From Eledone cirrhosa (Eukaryota): a DNA stretch of 64,000 nt. The first letter of the stretch is position 1, and every line of letters starts with the position of its first letter. The notes beneath the pieces are model-generated. The model searched no databases. It was not told the origin of the DNA and was given only the letters and a program-made list of their open reading frames with translations. Below, piece after piece: positions 57,178-64,000 of the stretch. A program made the position numbers and the translations under genes. The stretch lies in the NCBI GenBank assembly GCA_964016885.1, contig OZ024742.1, positions 82,336,001-82,400,000 of the forward strand. Direction: 5' to 3'.

Positions 57178-57736
57178 TTGTGTGTGTGTAATAATTATAA
57201 ATATTCAATTTACGCAAAAGTATTCTCAATAAATACAATTATGAAACACTGTCAATAGCAAATTTAGAAACGAAATAACGACCTTTCTTTTAATTTATAA
57301 ATCATTTTTCACAATAGAATCCTTATATTGTATTCTTCAGTAAAATAAGATATAAACTTTGCTGTTATTTTCAATATACTGTTATTTTCGATAAAATATA
57401 AAATATTTAATGATCATTTTTTCCAAGACAATCTGTCATGTTATTTGCACCATAGAATATCACTTAATGTGTATTGCATTCCGTAGACTTATGGTTTTCT
57501 CAAATATATTATTTAGATCGTAATCATATTTCTTTTCTTTTGATAGCTAGAGCTTACGATTTGTTTAATACGTAGGAATCGTACACGATTATGTACACGT
57601 ATTTGTCTTTGTAAATTTTACTCTAACACTTAATTCATTCAGGATTACATACATCCACAATATATATGTACCGCCTACGGACGCATTTATTTCAACCATA
57701 CAACAACTATATATATATATATGTGTGTGTGTGTGA

Positions 57737-57767
<31 letters not shown>

Positions 57768-58154
57768 ATGTTATAGAAATAACTTCTACAAGAATAGAAC
57801 TGTTTCCTTTAAAGGAAATCATCAGGTCAGCCAACAGTTCTAGTAAAATGATTGTATTTAAAGGTTATCTGCTGTTTACGGAAGGTGGTGATTTTTCGGA
57901 AAGGGTAAATGTTATTGGCCAACCGATTTTAGATAATAGTGATATTTGAAAAAGCTATGTTTAGAATTATGCACGATACAATGACTCAGATAAGATAAAA
58001 GATTCACATTCAAGTACCCCCCCCCCCCCCCACACACACACAAACAAGAACAGTTGAGGGTTCATTTATACTAAATAAACAAGGGACACGCTCACATACA
58101 GACTCACACAAACACTCTCTCTCACAAATACACAAATACACACTACACGCACAC

Positions 58155-58198
<44 letters not shown>

Positions 58199-58905
58199 GT
58201 ATATATATATAATTAATAATGCAAAGCAATATCGCGAAGATGTTAATTTAAAGCTTGCGAGAATGGACACACACACACACACACACACTCACACACATAT
58301 ATATATATTCTTTTATCCTTTTACTTGTTCCAGGCATCCGGCTGAAGCCATGCTGGGCACCGCCTTTGAAGATTCACATTTTACATTTCATCTCCAGCCT
58401 GTGTTGGTTAGACATTGGTGTAAGAGAGATATCGTTACTGCTGCACTTAGTTTACCTTCGTAACGTGTTGCTGTGTCATCCGGGATCCTGGATAGCAGGG
58501 TGTCAAGATATTTCTTGAAAACATACACGTCCACACCATGCAGATCTCTCTCTCTCTCTATATATATATATAATATATATATTGTTATACTCTGGGAGGG
58601 TCATTCTGCCAATAAGCACGCGCTCATCTGTTGGTCTTTACTTCAACTTATTACAAATGTCTAGCTGGCTGGTTTAATAATCGGATGGTTGTTTATTTAT
58701 TTATTGCCAAATTCTTTCGTCATACATTATTTCACTTCCTCAGTGACTAATTTGTTTTTAATGTGTTTTTCATCTCTTCTGTCCTACACTCTCTTGTTTT
58801 TGTGTGTTGTGTGCTGTGTACATGTGATGCACATGTGTCATAACCTGGTGTGTCTGCGTTTTTATTTTCAGGTTAAGGAGGAAGCGATTAAATCGCCCCC
58901 TGTGC

Positions 58906-59048
58906 GTTACTGGTGCTTTATGGTTATCGACTCCGTAAGGATGTAATACAATGCTAACCGCAGCAGAATTTGAAATTAGAATGTAATGAGACGTAACTAC
59001 ATGCCGCAAGCCATGTTATCCAACACTCTAGCGATACTGCCTATGCAC
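58906..59048 (-). mobile_element. Decayed MetaSINE-like SINE
   Basis: actggtgctttatggttatcgactccgtaaggatg core. Confidence 0.65.
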
Positions 59049-59054
59049 AACCCT

Positions 59055-59500
59055 CATTGATATATATAATGAAAAGAAGTGGGCTCAACACAGTGTCTTG
59101 AGGGACGCCCCTACTGACCTTGATTGGGCTTGATTGTAGACCTTCAATAATAATATTTGGTCTGTTTTTCACGAAAAATATGATCCATCGCAGTAACATT
59201 AATGTTGGATAATTGTTTCAGTAGAAGGTTGTGGTCATCCCTGTCGAGAGATTTGTTGAAATCAAGGTATATGACATCAGTGTTGGAGCCCGCCCCGAAA
59301 TCTGTTAAAATGAAATCAATTGATGCAGGAACTGCGCTAGGCAGTTCTTTCCATTGGCTGGAGTTATCCAGAAAGGGAATTATTCGTGATCTCACCCTCT
59401 CAAGTACCGTAATGATATAGGATGTGAGTGGGATCGGACGGTAATTCACTGCATGGGTCTTGTTTTCCTTTTTGGAGACAGGAAAATCATACTGGTAAAA
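59055..59500 (-). mobile_element. CR1/L2-group LINE RT fragment
   Basis: NYRPIPLTS, DVIYLDFNK..D..DH..LL..L, GVPQDTVLSPLLFIIYIN. Confidence 0.85.
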
Positions 59501-59542
59501 TCATCAGGTATATAGCCAGCGTCTATTTCCCTCTCCCTCGCT

Positions 59543-59648
<106 letters not shown>

Positions 59649-59673
59649 TTCTATCTCTCTCTCTCTTTCTCTC

Positions 59674-59761
<88 letters not shown>

Positions 59762-62432
59762 GTGTATGTTTGTTTATGTGTGTATTCATATGTGTGTTTG
59801 CATGTAGGTGTACCTGTATGTATTTATATATCTACATTTTTTCGTGGTGTTGGAGGGTATATATATTCAGCAAGCAATAATTAATATCTAGTATGAAGTA
59901 ATATTTTCAATTCCACGATTTATGTTTAATTAATTACTGCAACTGCCTAGATCCAGGCATATAGTCCATATGCTACAGTGAGGATTATCAGGAGTTCTGG
60001 TAGAATGTTGAGTTCAACTATCAAAAACATATTTCCCCGAGTATTGTAGTCGACTCACCTGCAGATTTATAGATTCAAGAAAGCATATCCATTCAATTGA
60101 GGGATCTAATGATCTGCAATGCCAAAATGATAGTGTCATCCAATATTCTGGGCATCCATTGTATCTCATTTGCTGTACGGGCATAACTATGTATTCTATT
60201 ATGAAGGTCGTTTGGGTAAGTAGTTAATTACTAGACAGTGATGAATTAAATGAAGTGTTGCTTTTATACTGGATTTCTCTTTTATATTGAGTACATATTC
60301 TCAACTGACAAATTTGTTTTCTGTTGTCTAGTTTCAGTATTTTAACACCCAGTAATATATCTAAGAAAGAAATTCTGTTTTTTATACTGGAATCAATTTT
60401 AATTTATATATATAGTTTTGGAGACACTAGATGAACGCTCTAATGCATGTAAACTGTTATAACGTAAGAGGAAATGTTTGCTCGAGTATACACATTGGGA
60501 GATCAATATATATTTACATAACCTAAACAGATCAGAGGTATTCAATCAATGTGCAATGAGACATTGTCAACATGACTTAAGCTTTATTAATACATATATC
60601 TAGTAACTGTCAACTTGAACCATGGTTAATCTAAATATTTATTGAATGAATGTCAATCACGAGCAGACGTTTTACTAATATGCATAGCGAAAAGTCAAAC
60701 ATAATTCAATAATTTAAATCAATATATAATGTAAGTAAACTTTCAGCAATATACTGAATTTAATTCAAATATATTTTGTAAATAGCAATATTGCACGGCG
60801 AACGGCAATAAAAATAGTACAGAATCAGTTGTGTTTAATTTATCTGAGCACTGCATGGAAAATAATATTTAGGAAGAAATTATCAATATTGATTTATTAA
60901 TTTATAGTAATATTTTGGTAGTTGTAGGCTGTGGGGGAGAATCATGGGTGTACTAGTTTTGAGGAATTCAGGTAAAATGTATCACCACTTTCAATTTGAA
61001 GGTCAAATTTCAATTCCGATCAATGTCACATTGCTGGTTGCAAATAACCTTAAGTATTTTAAGAACAATTAGCTATATCTCTATATCTCTACCCTTTTGA
61101 TATTGGGATTAAAACTCCCCATGTCCATTGATTGCGTGCCTTCACAGAGATACCTTTTCAATTTAACACATTTCAATATCTCGGGCTCAGAGGTCTTGTC
61201 ACAATTGTACTCCTTAATTTACCTGGTGACCTCATCCTCCAAAATGTTAGCCATCGCTACTAAATGCTGTGTTGACCGTGTTAGGAAAAGAAGCAAAGCG
61301 TTTTTTTCCACATCATGGTGACGTCTGGTGTGTTTGCTTTCCAAATACATCGAACCGAACAAAATTACTTGTGTCTTTAATTAGATCAATTCAAATTGCA
61401 TCATTCATTGCTCTGGTTATGCTTCATTAAATACTAGGAAATAAATAAATTTCATGACGATTAAATAATTTATACCTAACATGCCAATGGAAATACAAGT
61501 AAGATATCGTACAAATCATTAATTTATGCTCCTATTAGCGTACAGAATATAAATTATCTCAATATGACTCTCATGAGAAAAAGATTATATAATTTTCCAA
61601 AGGGAATACGATATTGTGAAATCTTCATTTAGATCACTCCATGTGGATGTGTAACAATGGTGTTACCAGTCCATTTCATTTACTTTTTAAATTATACATT
61701 GCGTTTGGCTTATAAGTGTTTTATCACAATAGGGAAGGTAGTATAATGAGTTCCAATAAATATTGAAAAAAACTGTACCTTTCATACTTTCGTTAAAAAA
61801 TATTCTTATATAATAAATCGAAAAATTTATTTATGGTGACATTAATATTATATTTGTACTTTCTCGTACACAGCACTATAATATATAAGTAGAAGTATAT
61901 ACCTGTGACAATAATAAGTGCCACACGTCAGTTATATTATACATTTGATTACATCTTAAAAGCGAAAAAAGAAAAATAATAATTCACCTTACATTATTTA
62001 AGAATTGACAACAAGAAAGGTGCAAGATTGTTAAACAAGAGATATCAAATTAAATTTCCACAGCATGATTGTGGAAGAGAATAAGAATATTTCTTTTTAA
62101 TTCAACTAACTCATGATTAAAACTTTCGCATTGCTTAATTCAGAAAGATAAGGAAAATAATGAACCTGACGTTCTGCCCTAGCTCAATACGAGAGAAAAT
62201 ACATATAGGTGGCTCATTATAGCAATTACTCCCACAGACTAGTGACTCCAGTCAGATTAACTTTGAATTTTCTGTCAAACAAATCGACTGCTTATCTCTT
62301 TAGAAGCGATTTTAGATTATACACACAAAAGACAAAGTCTAAATTAATTCAGCATTTATATTCCCAGCATAAATATTATAAGACATACGAACTAAATTTA
62401 GGAAGAAATTTAATAAGAACGTTAATAACAGA

Positions 62433-62475
<43 letters not shown>

Positions 62476-63338
62476 AATGTATAGATATATATATATATAC
62501 ATAGATAGATAGATGTATAGATAGATAGATATATCCAGTGTATACAACATACATAAGTTGTACAGGTTTTACGTATATGTATGAATTTTATATACAAACA
62601 ATTACACAGCCAAGTTTGTGTGTGTATAGACACAATAAAAATATGGGTGTTTACATATATATATATATATAGTCAGTCCTTTTATTAACATTGAACTAAA
62701 ACCTGTTGAGAAAGTGGCTTCCTTGTTCAATCATCTTATCAGAAGCCTGACATTATTTATGTAGGCGGACGGTACTTGATTTAGGAGCCGCAGAAACCCA
62801 TATACTGGATGTTACCAACCTTCCAGGGGTCCGGGTAAATTTTCAATACCCGAATTACTTGATCGTGTTTTTGGCTATACGAATGATTGTTTAACCATCG
62901 TCTCAGTGTGCTTGGCCTTTAACGTTTGTTATAGCTCTGGTTCATCTGAATCATTGAGCACTTACCGCACATCTCGGAGGTTGTTTTTCGTTATTTCGTG
63001 GGCCGAAATGCGAATCTCGATAATGTATGTTTGTTTATATATATATATATACAAACGTAGTCACTTAGAAGGTAATAGAACGTGTGACGAAAAAGGTTTG
63101 ACAATATATAAACAACCTTCCGGTATATATAAACAACCAAGCGGAAATTTATAATAAATTGAAGTGCAAAACCGAGGTGCGTGTGTTTTTATCTGAACAC
63201 TGACCCTCCCAAAGTATAACAATATATATATGTGTGTGTGTGTGTGCGTGTGTGTGTGTGTGTGTGTTCCTGCGTACGCCCGTGTGTGAATACATCCACA
63301 CACACACACACACACACACGCACACACATATATATATT

Positions 63339-63490
63339 CGGTGAATTGGCAGAGTTGTTAAGACGGTGAACAGAAAGCTTTACTGTATTCGTTCCACCTC
63401 ATTGCACGCTCTGCCTTCAAATCCCGCCGAGGTCAACTTTACCAGTCATTCTTTTTGGTCAACAAACAAAAATGTACCATTCCAGTACGG
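63339..63490 (+). mobile_element. Decayed MetaSINE-like SINE
   Basis: ggtgaattggcaga head; ttcaaatcccgccgaggtcaacttt. Confidence 0.7.
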
Positions 63491-64000
63491 CGCTCGTTTA
63501 TTCCTCTATAGAACAATCGGCCTTAGTCATACCTGGAGACTGTTTGGTTCCAGCAGGTACAAAAGGTCCCAGACACGTTGTATGACGGTGCCCCAATAAC
63601 TCCACAAGGAGTTATTGGATCTTTATCCTTATCATTTATATATATAATTCATAGAAATAATTTGAAAATGTTCATTTTGTCCCATCATATAATTGCTGCT
63701 ACTTATCAGTTACACATGCTGCCACTCCCCCTCACCAGGAATAATGTTTATTATTTAAATACTGTCCTTTCGTCTGACGGAGGGTCGCTGACTGGGACAA
63801 ACTCTAATCTCTATTTTTCTTTCATCCTTTCTACTTATGCCAACAAATAATCCTCCTCTCTTAATCTTCTCTCTTTGATCTCTCTCTCATTACGCTCACA
63901 ACCGACCACCGGCCAAAACCTTTTAACTTTAGAGATATTTTACTCGATTTTCATGCCATCAATGACAGCAGTCGGCTGTTTTAAACGCTGTCACTTGCGT

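Noticed and set aside
61090-63990. Further LINE RT traces near 61.1-61.3 kb and 63.6-64 kb
   Set aside because: Only vague motif resemblance; cannot be supported by eye

Overview
AT-rich metazoan repeat-rich DNA (microsatellite content and a MetaSINE-type SINE point to an octopus/cephalopod genome; inference). Most ORFs in the track are (TA)n/(CA)n/(GA)n artefacts and no intact host gene is evident. Positions 1-46 kb are a nested pile of at least nine Penelope-like retroelements (PLE; RT plus C-terminal GIY-YIG) of three types, mostly sitting in (TA)n tracts and showing direct or inverted pseudo-LTRs. Reading the non-coding DNA by eye reveals about 20 type I hammerhead ribozyme (HHR) motifs from about 12 sequence families. 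Several have unusually long (49-90 nt) stem II domains or core variants, and two ORF-less tandem HHR repeats (523 and 450 nt units) look like non-autonomous PLE/retrozyme elements. The rest holds SINEs, decayed LINE and Tc1/mariner fragments, a perfect 168-bp palindrome and weak traces of minus-strand exons near 29-31 kb. All folds were derived by manual pairing, not computed.
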